A stretch of DNA of 64,000 nt from Octopus bimaculoides. Taxonomy: Eukaryota. The notes beneath the pieces were generated by a model, which saw only the letters and a program-made list of their open reading frames with translations, made no database searches and had not been told where the DNA came from. The translations under genes and the position numbers were made by a program. Below, in pieces: positions 49,081 to 62,190 of this stretch (position 1 is the stretch's first letter; each line of letters opens with the position of its first letter). The stretch is from NCBI RefSeq assembly GCF_001194135.2, contig NC_068982.1, positions 93,343,381 to 93,407,380 of the forward strand. The letters are read 5' to 3'.

Positions 49081-50415
49081 ATTTTTCATTTGGCTTGTAT
49101 ATAATTTTACTCCATAAATTTCTTCACATTCTTTCAGAGCAGTTTTAGTTTGTATAGCCTTCTCTCCCCCACCTCTCCCTCTCTCTCTTCCTCCCTTTCT
49201 GCCTTCTCTATCTCTCGCTCAATCAATCTCTCACTCTCTCTCCCCTGTCCAGGCGGGTTTTTTTTTTTTTTTCATCCTCTGCTGGATAATACTTCAGCAA
49301 GCGGTAGCTGGTTTATCAGTGCTGAATGTAGGCTGCCAACTTGTTAGCGCTGACCAACTTCATATTAGTTAGACAAAGGCGCTCCTATGATCGGGAGAGT
49401 AGCCTAGTCACCGAGAGTTACTCGATATTTGAACTCGGAATTCAAAACACAGGAGTGATATTACAAAGTACTTCGTGTGACTAATAAATTTACCAACTTT
49501 AAGCCTGTTTTGTCACTTCATTTATCGACTCCAAAGGATGTAAATCAAAGTTGAACCGGGAGATTTGAATGCACGCGCGCGTGTGTACCGGTGTGTATAA
49601 CATTATAATGTACATCCAAAGAAAGGCACCAGCTTTAGTGTCTCTCAGAAACTTCTCAAAGATTCGTGTATTAAAAAGGAACAAGGCTTCGCTTAGAATG
49701 CCGGTAGGTTACTGGATACAGTGTTTCGGCCTCATTAGGTTTCCTCGGTGACGAATACCTCAGACATTCTAAACCAAGTCGAAAATGATTATTCCGACAC
49801 AGAAATCAGTAATCAAGTCATTCACAGAAGAGACCTTACCAACTAGCTGAGTTTCTCAAAATGGACGTGATAATATTTTGGCGGGCGTGGGTTACTTTAG
49901 AATGGAGTGCGTGTAAGCAACAAATGAATATACTTCTAACCAAGTTTTAATTAAAACTTCTTTTGAATACATACACACATACGTAGTAGTAGAAAACACT
50001 TGCTCAAGGCGACATGCAGTGGGACTGAACCTGGAACTATGTGACTGAGAAGCAAACTTCTTACTACACAGCCACGTTTGCGCCTACGTATACGCGCGTG
50101 CGCGCACACACACACACTATGTACTTTGTCCATTCATGTAGGAGTGGGTTTTTTTGGAGAAAAATCGAAGCAATGCGTTGAGTAAAAAAGTTTTCAGAAA
50201 CGCTGAGCTAGGTCACTTTTTCCCATTGCTCCCTAAATGAGGAGCAGCTGGGTCCTGGTGCTGCCCTCTCCACATCAGCCTTCATATTTAGACGTTTTGC
50301 AGGGTCGATTGCGAGAATGCTGAGAGAGTGGATATGAGACATTCAAAGCAACCGTTTTGGCGCCGCCTGTGTGACGTCAGACGTTTTAACGTTTTTCTTT
50401 CTCTCCAACTTTCTC

Positions 50416-50462
<47 letters not shown>

Positions 50463-50803
50463 NNNNNNNNNNNNNNNNNNNNNNNNNNNNNNNNNNNNNN
50501 NNNNNNNNNNNNNNNNNNNNNNNNNNNNNNNNNNNNNNNNNNNNNNNNNNNNNNNNNNNNNNNNNNNNNNNNNNNNNNNNNNNNNNNNNNNNNNNNNNNN
50601 NNNNNNNNNNNNNNNNNNNNNNNNNNNNNNNNNNNNNNNNNNNNNNNNNNNAAACAGCCGCACCCAGTCATTTCATTCCGCGAAAAGGTGTTTGTATATG
50701 TTTGCAACTACACAGACTACCTAAAACAATTAGCGGAAGCATGCTTTATGCTATCAAGTCATTCTCGAATTCCAGTGGCGGTTGTTGATTATTAGCTTCA
50801 GTA

Positions 50804-50858
<55 letters not shown>

Positions 50859-51738
50859 TGCATGTGTGAGGGTATGAAGTAGTCAATCTGGTAACATTAG
50901 TATATTTTATACGAGTATTTCAAAGCATGTCTTGTTTAATTCATCGTTTACATTTACGCAGCCGACATGCATTGTTTTTCAGACTATATTTTTTCTTCAC
51001 CAATTCATTATAATTTTGCGCAATCCAGAAAATACAAAATCTCCCATGAGACAAAATATAATAAGCATCCATATGAAATTATCATTGATTAAATTATAAT
51101 TTGTTCAAAAGTAATTTTATATCGAATAATTTGCAAAGATTGCTGGAATAAATACATTACACCATACGGATATCATTTCATTAAAGTCCCATGGTGGAAC
51201 TTCTTTTTCTGTATGTGTCTCTTTTTCAGTTTCATTTTCTATCTCCTTCTCACATATATGAGTTGGGCATTGTTCGTGTTAGCCCATGCTTGCTAACAAT
51301 TACCACATGTCTCCCAAATCCTATCAAGAACTGAAGATAGCTTTGGTTTCGTATATTTTCCCGTGGACACAACGCCTAGTTTCTTGTCGTTCACCTAGGT
51401 TGCCTACTTCCTGTAAGGCGAGCCAACGGGAGAGCTTGTGCGTTTATGTTTTGTTTTGTTTTTTTATCTTTTAAACAGGCGGGAAAGGTTGTGTGCTCAT
51501 GACCCTTTGCAGGGTCTCAGTGGCGTGAAGAAACAAGGAAGGCATTCTCAAAACAGAAACATAGCCCGGATGTTTGCAACAGAATGGCCTCCTCTAAAGA
51601 CACCAAAAATGCCAGAAATAACCGTCAAATCTCTCTCAAATCACATCACATCGTCTTTTAAAATAGTTAATTATGATTGACCGTTGACTGGACACTATTC
51701 AATTTTTTTTCTCCGTGTTTTTCTCCTTGTCTCCGTAT

Positions 51739-51775
51739 TCTTTCTGTTGAAGAGCGTAGCTCGAAACGTCAAAGA
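51739..51775 (+). ncRNA. Near-intact minimal type I hammerhead ribozyme with variant core (A6U)
   Basis: TCTTT-CTGTTGA-A-GAGC(gta)GCTC-GAAA-CGTC^AAAGA. Stem I is 5/5 bp, stem II is 4/4 bp, stem III is the palindrome ACGT, and the triplet is GUC with predicted cleavage after 51770. Confidence 0.7.
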
Positions 51776-52569
51776 CTTTCCGTATTCCCGAGCGTCATAC
51801 TAATACATCCTTTTGTTATTTACACCACCTGTCCTCGTCTGTTGTTGTTTTTTCGTATGTTCTCCCCCCTATATGTAGCCTACTCTCCAGAGTAGAGGGA
51901 AAAGGCAGGATGGTGCTTTTGGTCATAACTATGATTGATAAGGGTCGACCGGGAACGAAATAATAACAATTTCCTAATACCAAATTGTGTAGAAATCTGC
52001 TTGTTACAAATTCAACTGATAGATCGAGGCGGTGGGGATCCAAAATCTTACGATTTTCTTTTTTTTTTTTTAAGAGAAAAAAAAGGGGCTGGGTCACTAA
52101 AGAATCGCCACACCATAATAGCCAACAGAGAAATTCGATCTTCCCTGCAAAAAGAATCGTCACCCCAGTCCCCAATAAATATAATTTGTACAATTAGAGT
52201 ATCGTAAATCTATTCCTTTGTGTTATGCGTTAGTATTGTAAAAGTTTAAAGAAAAAATATAAACCATGTCCTAAAATTAACTGAAATGGTAGTAAGTAAT
52301 TTTGCAAAATATTATCTATATGTTTTATTTTAGCAATGACGGTGTTATTGCTGTTTAGCCCAGGTCAGACCTGATCGTGCAACCCTAGCAGCAAAAGCGT
52401 TCCAGCCGTGAAAACCTCGCGTTTTTCTATATCAGGGATCACATTCTAATACATATTTCTCATGTAAGAAAACACTGTAAGATTTGAGGAAGATTTGTCT
52501 GCGGTTCCATGCAGGGTGAGTGACCACAAAGAGGATATATTGACTGGTAATAAAGGTAGATGTATTGTA

Positions 52570-52750
52570 GTAGAGTTGTTTGAGGTGTTAGTGGTGGTAA
52601 TATTGATGGTGGTACTTGCTCTGATGTTAGTGGTGTTAAAGGTTATGATGGTGGTGATAATAATGGTAGTGGTGTTGGTGGTGGCTGTGGTAGTGTCGGT
52701 GGAGGATGTACTATAGTGGTAGTGATAATCGTATTGGTTTTGGTGGTGGC
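52570..52750. repeat. (GTG/GTA/GAT)-rich low-complexity tract
   Basis: Degenerate trinucleotide repeats that give a spurious poly-Val ORF. Confidence 0.75.
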
Positions 52751-53024
52751 AACCTATCGGTAAAATGTGTGTGCTCTAGTCATACACTAACTCCTGGTGA
52801 AAAATTATCAACGCAGGTGTAGTTTCCTAAAGATTAATCACTCCAGGTTATCCCAGTGGAAGAATCGTCACCTTACCAATGCCCAGGACTGGGATCTACT
52901 AATTATTTATATTTCAATGTTTTTATTTGTTATGTTTCAGAAAACAAAAATATTTTTGAGCCCTACTGTAAAACCCAGGCTTTGAGAATTTGTTTTCATC
53001 ATCGAATTCTTTAGTTGTTTAAAT

Positions 53025-53246
53025 ACTGATTTCCAATTTTGGCACAAGGCCAGCAATTTCGATGGAAACAAAAGTCGATTACATCGACCCCAGTCCAGTG
53101 TTCGACTGGTACTTAATATATCGACCCCGAAAGGATGAAAAGTAAAGTCGACCTCGGCGGAATTTGAACTCAGAACGTGGAGACGAACGAAATGCCGTTA
53201 AACATTTCGCCCGGTGCGCTTACGATTCTACCAAGTTCGCCGCCTT
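53025..53246 (-). mobile_element. SINE family A (full length, low divergence)
   Basis: atcgaccccgaaaggatgaaaagtaaagtcgacctcggcggaatttgaactcagaacg…acgattctaccaagttcgccgcct. Confidence 0.88.
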
Positions 53247-53599
53247 TAGTTTAAATATTGAAGTAGGAAGACACTGTCCTCTTGCTCGTATATCTCAGAC
53301 AGAAACATACTCCAATACGAGTCGTTGAAGGAACCTCTTCAGCATTGAAGAACGTGATAACTGTCCAGTTATGTTTACCTAACTTTTTTGGTTAAATCTT
53401 ATTTTAGAATGCAAAAGACAAAAAGGAAGTGTTAATAAAATGCGAAAGAAATTAAAGCAAAGAACCGAAGGTGATAGCAGTGAGCTAGGAAAGAAGTGAA
53501 AACAAAAGGAGAAAAAGGAAAGTCAGAAACTAACTGAATCTTTGTTTTTAGCATGAAAAAATGCATATGTTTCAATTAAAATAATATTTTTTATATATA

Positions 53600-55588
53600 C
53601 GTATATGCCGACGTATAAGTCAATATTTGAAGCCTAAAAATCTTCCCCCAAACAAGGGGTCGACTTATTCGCTAAATATAAAATGTGAGCCATTACTACT
53701 AAGGAGTAATCAAGTGAAACTGCCTACTTAATACTCATTGTACACCACTTGTCATAACTCTAGCATTCCCACTGAAACTCGTGTTTTTTAAGTCTATTTA
53801 GCGTAGAGATAGACCATATAATATCACAATTGGTTACACATACTACATTACAGTAGTAGAAAACAAAGAATTGCAAACCCACCATTCGCAACAGCTTATC
53901 GGCGTACTAGTGGCACCATCTACCCCAAGCGGCCAGCTGTTGAACATACTTCAAACTATCGTACAGACTTTGAAGCTACTAAACTACCAAACTACCTTAA
54001 TTACCTATAGGTACATTTAATGGCATGTATCCTAGCCAGCTAGCACTAACGTCTATACTGGATACCATTAGCAAACTCGAATTTGTATACGTAACTGTGA
54101 AAATATTAGCAGAAAATTTAACCATGGCACCCAGTGAAAAAAATACGGAAGTATGACTGTGGATCCAAAATAAAAGTTATAGAATTTGCTAAGGGCTCTA
54201 ATAATTGTGCAGCCGCTAGAAAAGTTGGTGTCAGTGAAAAGTTGGTGTGTGATTAGAGAAAGATTGAAGCATCTTTAAAGGGAATGCCAAGAAAAACTGT
54301 GCCATGAGAACCGGCATTTGTAAATGGAAAACTCTCGAAGAGCATGTGGCAGAATGGGTACTGGAAACACGTCAAAATGGCTATGCTGTAAGTAGAAATG
54401 CCATATGCATTTTTGACGGTAAGTTGGCCAAAGTCTACCCTGAAAATATTTTGTGGGATGAGCAAGTTGGTGCACCAAATTCATGAATAGGAAAGGCCTA
54501 GTGTTGCGTGAAAAGACAAGAATAGCCAGAGGTTACCAGAAGACTTTAATGCCAAAATTACAAGTTTCTATAGTTATATTATTGGCTTGAGAAAACAACA
54601 CAATTTCCCTTTATCACAAGTTGGTAGTATGGATGAAACTCCAGTAAATTTTGATATGATTAGCAACAAAATTACAGATGTAAAATGAGTAAAAACTGTT
54701 ACTTCAAAACGTGCAGGACACGAAAAAACAAAATTCACTGTTGTACTCTCCTGCATGGCTGATGAAATGAAGCTAAAACCTATGGTTATATTTAAACGGA
54801 AATTAATGTCCAAAAAATAATTTCCGCCGGGTGTGTTCGTTCACGTCCACCCTTGAGGGTGGATGAATGAAAATGGTGTGAAGCTGTGGATAGAAAAAGT
54901 TTGGAATCAACGACCAGGAGGCCTTCGTAAAGTGCGCAGTCTTTTGGTATGGGATATGTTTAAATCACATCCGGCGACTAACATTAAAAACATTTGCAAA
55001 GAAGTAACACCGAAATTTCCGTTAAACCTGGGGGGTTAACGCCTGTCCTCCAGCCGTTAGATGTGGAACAGTGGAACAAGTGGATGGCTGAAGGTTGTAA
55101 GACATTCACAAAAGGTGGAAGTATGCGTGCTGCTTCACTTAATATTTTGTGTAGCGTTGTTTATAAATGCATAGGATTCGGTTAAAACAGAAACTTATCA
55201 AATCATTTAAAAAATGTGGGATATCAAATTCAGTGGATGGCATGAAGATGATGATGATGACGACTCTACTGATGATGATGAATTAAACTATATACTATGA
55301 TTGACGAAACATTAATATTTATGTCAGATGAGGAGGAGGAGGAGGAGGAATTTGGAGGCTTTTTTAAATGGTAACATGTTTTAATAATAATAAAGAAGTA
55401 ATTTTAATGTTTTTGAAACAAACTTATAAAATTTTACAAATTGTATTTTCTTCACACGTATTTTATTTAACAACAATTTTGTGCTGCCTTAGTTTTGTAA
55501 GGTGGGTCGTCTTATCCGGTGGATATAAGCATAAACCTGTACTATACCTCAGAATTTTAAAGATCGACTTATACGCCAGCATATACGG
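53600..55588 (+). mobile_element. Full-length pogo-family DNA transposon (POGK-like: BrkDBD + HTH + DDE_1), pseudogenised
   Basis: TIRs TA|c-gtatatgccgacgtataagtcaat and atcgacttatacgccagcatatacgg|TA, with TA TSD at 53598-99 and 55589-90. Coding remnants: YDCGSKIKVIEFAKGSNNCAAARKVGVSEK; LEEHVAEWVLETRQNG; SMDETPVNFD; HEKTKFTVVLSCMAD; GWMNENGVKLWIEKVW; LLVWDMFKSH; TPVLQPLDV. Confidence 0.92.
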
Positions 55589-58499
55589 TAATTAGATTTG
55601 CGAATACGTGTTCTGCAGTCGTTGCATTTTTCTTAGCCATCATTCATCTTCTTTCAATAGTCTGTGTATGAATAATGTCATCATTTGGATCTACGAATTG
55701 CTGTTGTTAATTAACAATTATAGCTTCCACTACCTAATCCAACATACGAAGCCCGAAGAGCGATCATAATTGTGTTTGCTAGCATGCACTGCACGCAAGT
55801 CCCCAAATACCTTTCATACATTATGTATGCTCTTCTCTTTTTGTGGCTTAAGAAAAATATGGCTGTAGATGCACACAGATCGAGCGACATTAATTTGCAT
55901 TGGATTTAATTTTTATCCAAGGTTTTTTTATTATTATTAATATAAGCGTTTTGTCATTCGTTATTAAAGGGTGCCCAATCAGGAGTATCTTCATATATAA
56001 AAGAATTCGAAAATGACAGTAAAGTGATGCGTTATACAACATTGTTCAGTGGTTTTGTAACCAACTTCAAATTATGCAATGCCCAGGATCCCTCTGACTG
56101 ACTGCTCTTTTATTTTTTCTTTTACTTGTTTCAGTCATTAGACTGCGGCCATGCTGGGGCACCGCTCTGAGGAATTTTTAGTCGAATGAATTAACCCCGC
56201 TACTTATCATTACTACCAAACGAAGAATTTGCGATTCCTATCCTCACAATAGAACGTCCCCGTGTCCAGGGTCAGAGCAGCAGAGCCTCAGCAGTCAATA
56301 ACTATTATGAGTTGATAGAGACTCAGGGCTGTAAGAAACCGGATCTGCTCCCATAATTGGCCCTCGGTCTGCTAGAAATTTTAGCTGATACTCACTCAAA
56401 GAATTCTCTGTCTTTAAAAACTATATAAAAACATATAAGATATATTCCTATCTCTGGCGAAAAATATAGGATGTTCAGGACTAGAATTCATTGGCCATAA
56501 GTATTCAGGAGCAATGCTGAACAAGAACTACAATGACAACAACAAATATTGCCTTGGATAACACAAACAACCGAGTGTCTCTTTCGTTGTTTTCCGATTC
56601 GTTTTGAATTTAAATGTCATCGAAATAAGCTTCTGATCTTAATTATCCGTAGTTTATGAAATAAATATCATTAACATCAAAGAGTCACTCCAATGCCGAA
56701 ATTAATTCGTGCACTCTTATCTAGAAATTTGTGGTTTTATGCAAATATAAGAAATCAATATTTATAGTAATTCAAGAAACAACTAATATTTAAATGAAAT
56801 AAAACCATAATTTTATACAGGCGACTTTCGTGAAGTAAATAAATTTCAACATAAATCGTAGATGTTAATGTTCGTTCCAAAAGAGAATTCTAAAATATGT
56901 TCAATCTCAGCAGCTCATTGAAATTGTAGGTCTTACTGAAATAGGAGATGAAACGAAAATAGTATATTTATTGAAATATTCAGATGTTTACTGCTGATAG
57001 CACAAGCTTAATTCTTATAGGTCAACTGATGACCTACTGCCCCCTAAATACTCTGTACTCATAATGCTCCACCATAAATGTTGTTGCACTTTTAAGGTCT
57101 CATCTAAAATATATATCCATCTTGAGAAATGGCTGACGTCTTTCTTGAATTAAAAAAAGCAACCCGAATTTAAAAATCAAAAGAAAATTAAGAATGTCTG
57201 TTTAGTTTATCCTCCTTCAAATTATTTCAGCGAACATAGCGTTGGTAAACAGAACCTATTGTCTAAATTGTTAGATTACTCGAAAAGATATTTATTTTGC
57301 GAAAATAAGCATTTCCATCATTGGAGGAAATTATTAATTTTGTTAAAGCTCAGATCAAACCAATTTGTAAAGGTGTCTCTATGCCTTACCTGAAACTGAA
57401 AATACTGGAGGCGTGGTTATCATTATAGAATAGGAAGTGTTCTTTGGTGTATCAGTTTTGTGTTATTCTCACTGTTAGTTTTAATCCTCCAACAAATTCT
57501 CTTCAAACAGCTGTTTCAGAAGCTGTTTATGCATCCGGAAGCCCTGTTCTCTGTTAAGTGTCTTTTTTTCATATATGATTATTATTGTTGTTTCTGGTTG
57601 GTATATGACGTCCATATATTATTTCTCTCTGGTATAAGGTTTACAACAATGTAAGATAGAAATCAAGAAACGATATTTTTTTCTTTTATCCTTCTACACC
57701 AAGAACTAAATGATTCTGAGTCATTTGCTTGGAAACAAATTTGGAGAATATTTCATTGATACATTCAGCCTTAACTTTTATCAGTTTGCTTTGAGCCTTA
57801 GCTAACTGAATCACCAGTGCATGAGACAGGCAAACAAAGCATTTGTCCGCGGTTCAACTCAACTTACACATGGCTTAGCTTACTTTACTGTAAATAAGCT
57901 CCATGACTTGTACAGCGCGTCACTGAAAATAATGGCAACATTGTTTAATAGATGAGCGTTTTGACGGCTCCTAATGCTAGATTTAAGCACTTAACTTCCC
58001 ACCACCACCAAATACACACGAGTGTTCTCCAAAGTTGGATTAACTATTTCAGGCTGTTGTGCTTTGTCCCAATTGTACCTGATCGAGCAGACCTATTATA
58101 AATGACATTCCAGAGATGACAGTCTCGTTTATTTTTCAAACCTAATGTACCTAGGACTCCGTTGTCAGGTGACATTCTCTTTTAGACGGTAGCTGTTGCT
58201 TTTTGTATTATTTTGTTCAGCAGAGTTAGAGAGTCATCCCCATGTCCTTCACTGGTGCTCCCAAAAGACTGAGATTGATGTGACTGATGCTCAACCTGAA
58301 CGTCTAAAGTAAAAACGTAGGTAGTTATGGAATCGGAGTTATTGATCCGAATGCTTGCAACATGGTCAGTTTTGAAGTCCTTTTGTACCGACCCAAACAA
58401 ATTTGTATTTGATTGAGATTTTCTGCTCATTCTAGCAAGTCGGGATACTACAAAAAGAATATTTGGTTGTCTTTTGTCAAGGAGACCGTCGTACATTCT

Positions 58500-60030
58500 C
58501 AAGGCTACAAAAGATACTCATCTCGTTCAGTTAGTCATTACTTCGTTTTATCCTCTTTTTCGTGGATTTCCACCGGCAAGTGACAGGATGGCCTTAGGAA
58601 CCAGTATAAGCTTTACTATAGCAACATTTTTGTTGGACATACCGAGACTCAAATCCTTCCCAGTTTACTGGCCTCACTCTAAAGCTATACGCTCGTTAGA
58701 TTGACAGCTGTATCGACATCCCCTCCTTACTAACAAACAACTCGATTCCATTATTTTCCCCATTCGCTTCCACCCTGTTTTTACATCCACCGCTTCCACG
58801 ACGTCTGTTGGCTTCCTGGACATCTCACTGGTCTCTATTGACCACTTTAACCTCCAACTTCGCTTTTTATAAACCCGCTGACTTTTACTTTCACCACATA
58901 AATCACACCTAATGTACTATCTCAAACTCAAAATTTTTCTGCTATTGCCGTCTCTGTAGCTGACTCTGATGTTGATGGCTGCTTGCACTAAGTGGTCGGC
59001 TACTCCCAACGTGGTTATATTCAACTAACAGTTTACGTTGCTCGCAATCCTGCCTTAGCTGTGAACCGCTCATCCACACCAAACCCTGTTTCTCTCCTAC
59101 CGCCTTCTTTTTCCGCTCGCCTACACCTCGTCACTTTACTTCCCCAGCGCATCATCCTAACATACTTCCGTTCCAAATTTGACTATGCTATTTCTCACCT
59201 CTCTGAACCACCTCTCCCTTTGTCTACACACAATTTGCATGACTTTCCCGTCCATAGTTCTGTCATCTCACGCAATACTCGATTTGAATTCTTCCCCACC
59301 ATCACACCTACACCCATTGTTATACTTGTTTCATTATCCAGAATATCACCTTAATATATGAATCTAACGCCTTCCATTTCGATGCCCGTTTTACGCCTAC
59401 AAACAAGAATATTATTTACTGTTTAAGATGCCAACTTTGTTACTTCTAAGTATTGGTACCAATAGGATTGACTAGATCCCTTGGGGCTGATGCTTCAACT
59501 TGATTACAGTTGAATGACTGCCAGCAAGATTAAAAGAATACATATTCCAGAGGAACAACAATAATAATTTGTTTTGTCAGCTTATGTTGACATTAGAGTG
59601 CATTGACTAACGTGCTTTTTATATTTGTTTTGTTTTGTTTTTCGTTTAAAGATTGTTGGCTGTGGTTTGAAGGAGATTAAATTCCTTTCCCAAGCTGTAT
59701 ATAAAAGAAAGCGGTTGGAGATTGAAAGACCATTTTAGAGAATACCTTTTAAAATGTCCGACGGAACAACATCGGATCACTTCGACATGTAGCTCATCAT
59801 TCCAACTCTTCTAACCACATCTGTCTGTTTCCTCCCATCTGCAGTATTGTTTTACGACAAAGATCTCCTGTTTCTTATTTGCACTGTAAACAACAACTAA
59901 TTTTTCGTCTCAAAGCAACCCACCCAACAGAGATTAACAATCGATATGTTTTATTTTAATACCCAACACATACACACTTCTCTTTCTCTCTCTCTCTCTC
60001 TCTCACTCACACACACACACACACACGCAC

Positions 60031-60100
<70 letters not shown>

Positions 60101-60420
60101 CACACACACACACATAACATGCTTTCACACCTTATCTTGCATAACTGAATCACACACAAACAGAACACGCTCTTGCAGCTTATCTCTTTTGGCAGTTAAA
60201 CATTCTTTTAACTGTAAAACACCTTTCTGTCCAGACCACTTCTGTTGTTTAACTAATGTGGTCCCTATTACAAACACTACTTTTACGAAATTCTTCTTTG
60301 TTCTTGATAAAAGACCACTGTCCGAACCGCTGAAGTTTCAACCGACTACTTGTACTGTTTTTTCGTTTTGTTTCTGAAACTTTGAGGGTATATTTCATTA
60401 TTATGCACTGACGAAAGATT
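58500..60420 (+). mobile_element. Penelope-like element relic (RT + GIY-YIG endonuclease + pLTR-like 3' region)
   Basis: RMALGTS (G.AMG); LYAR*IDSC (RYIDD); FTSTASTTSVGFLDISL; FYKPAD; SKFFCYCRLCS (SQF.R.RR.CS); NIIYCLRCQLC (59408-59440); LYIKESGWRLKDHFREY (59695-59745); VAHHSNSSNH; KQQLIFRLKATHPTEINNR. Confidence 0.8.
59975..60115. repeat. (CT)n(CA)n microsatellite at the end of the Penelope GIY-YIG region
   Basis: Directly visible repeat runs. Confidence 0.95.
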
Positions 60421-61234
60421 CTCCCCGTCCCACTAAATAAGACATGTATGATTCAATACCGCGGTTTCTCGATAAATCATAGGCTTTCGTGTAAGAAATC
60501 ATTGTTCTATGCTGTCAATCCTGATCGAATCATTCCAGCCTTGACTATCCCGTCTGTTTTTCATGTGTAAAGCATTCATCTTCCTAACGTGTGCCTCTTA
60601 TGATCAAGACGATAGATGTCATTAGAGATATATTTAGTTGCTTTTACTAGCAAGTCGAGCGGCTACGTGGAAGATCTTTGGTTCGGTTGTTTTACGTAAT
60701 CTAACTTAACTATAGGTCTGCCCAAAGCAAAGTTAACCAAACCTACTCCATAACCATGCCAACTAAACAGTAGCCGCAACACCAGCTATTATAACACCTT
60801 CCGAACCATTATGTAGTTGCTCGACTTGCAAGAAAAGGCAGTTAAATCTTCCTCAAATTACAGTAAAACTTTCTTTAAAAGCAAAAAAAAAAAAAAAAGT
60901 GCGTTGGATAGTGTACTCTGGTGTCAACAAGTTGGTTAAAACTGTTAGATAGTTAGATGAACTCTGTTATTGTTATTCTTTGGAAATATTTATTCATTTA
61001 ATTTTTTACTGGTGGTTGTCACTGGGCTTCCACCATGTTAAGACATCAATTTCAAAGGCTTTAATCTATCCTATCGCCACCAGTATTGTTTCAGTTGGGT
61101 ATTAATATAATCAATAAATGGAATAAAATATATATCTCATTAAATCCTAGCAAAATCTTCAACAGAAGGTACCTAATTCTGTCCGCCTACCATACTTTAA
61201 CATCTCATCATTTGGCATACAGCCCGCACCCACT

Positions 61235-61490
61235 CAGTTAAGGAGTCTTGTCTTGTTTTGCGAGTTACTTGGTAACCTCACCAGTGTCGATGCCCCGTAA
61301 AAAGCACCCACTACACTCTGTAAAATGGTTGGTATTAGGAAGGGCATCCAGCTGTGGAGACCATTCCAAATAAACGAAACATTGGAGCTTGGTAAATTCC
61401 CTCTGGCTCGCCAGTCTCTATTGAGCCGTCGAAACCATGATAGCATGGAAAACGGGCGTGTGATAGTGCTGCTGCTCATGATTGTGTCTT
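61235..61490 (+). mobile_element. SINE family C (RTE-like tail)
   Basis: aaaagcacccactacactctgtaaaatggttggtattaggaagggcatccagctgtggagacc…ccgtcgaaaccatgatagcatggaaaacgggcgtg followed by a decayed (TGA)n tail. Confidence 0.75.
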
Positions 61491-61799
61491 TGATCCAATG
61501 CAAAACCTGATATAAATCGGAAGTTTTGTCGGCATCTTAATTAAAATAGATTTCAGCAAATTTAATGGAATAAACGAAACTAAAGAAAATAAAATAAAAT
61601 AAAATAAAATAAGCCTAAAACATGTATGACTTGCAAATACTTTTTATCTATTTTGCTTTTACTAATATGGTATTTTGAACAGTATAGTCCGTTTTTTACA
61701 TTCTAAAGTCTCATTCAGTACTTTGTAATCACATTCTATCTTTATTAGAAAAAACCTTTCATTACCTAAAATAACTGTCGTAGTACTATTTATTTGGAA

Positions 61800-62190
61800 C
61801 GTTTATATTTTCAGCAAGAGCGAGATGAACTCTTTCCGTTCAGGTTATTTCGTTTTAACCCCTTTCTTGCACTATTCACAAAACTTCAACTATTTCCAGC
61901 ATTTCTAACCGAAAGATAGCTGTGACAGCTGATATTAACTTTCAAGTAAAATTCTCATTCATCAAATAGACCTCCAGCAACTTCTCCCCACTCGTCATCA
62001 GCTGTTACTGAACATTCTTGTCTCTAGTCATGCGTGTTTCCACTTACTCGAGTGATTTATCTGCCTACCTCATTAAATCCGGCGTTTCTGTCTTCATCGC
62101 CAACACACCCAAGACTAAACTTTTCCTTTCTCTGAAACTAATTTCAAACTAGACGACCGTAACCCACACCACAATTTCCCTCATGGTTTA
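61800..62190 (+). mobile_element. Possible second Penelope-like RT N-terminal fragment
   Basis: PLVISC…LSAYL resembles RPIVS.C…LS.YLD, in a C/T-rich composition like the 58500 element. Weak. Confidence 0.3.

Noticed and set aside
49710-49752. Minus-strand CCGAGGA-AACCT(aatg)AGGCC-GAAAC-ACT-GTA hammerhead-like string
   Set aside because: The core is mutated, stem II is mismatched and stem I does not pair; too decayed to separate from chance.
50372-50379. Perfect CRE palindrome TGACGTCA near a small GC-rich patch
   Set aside because: A single 8-mer is expected by chance in 64 kb, and there is no other promoter evidence.
1693-50795. Dozens of long ORFs in the track (poly-X, YIYI, VCVC, HTHT, SLSL)
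   Set aside because: They are translations of N-gaps and microsatellites, not genes.
58182-58502. 106-aa minus-strand ORF
   Set aside because: No recognisable domain or splice context, and it adjoins the decayed Penelope RT on the other strand.
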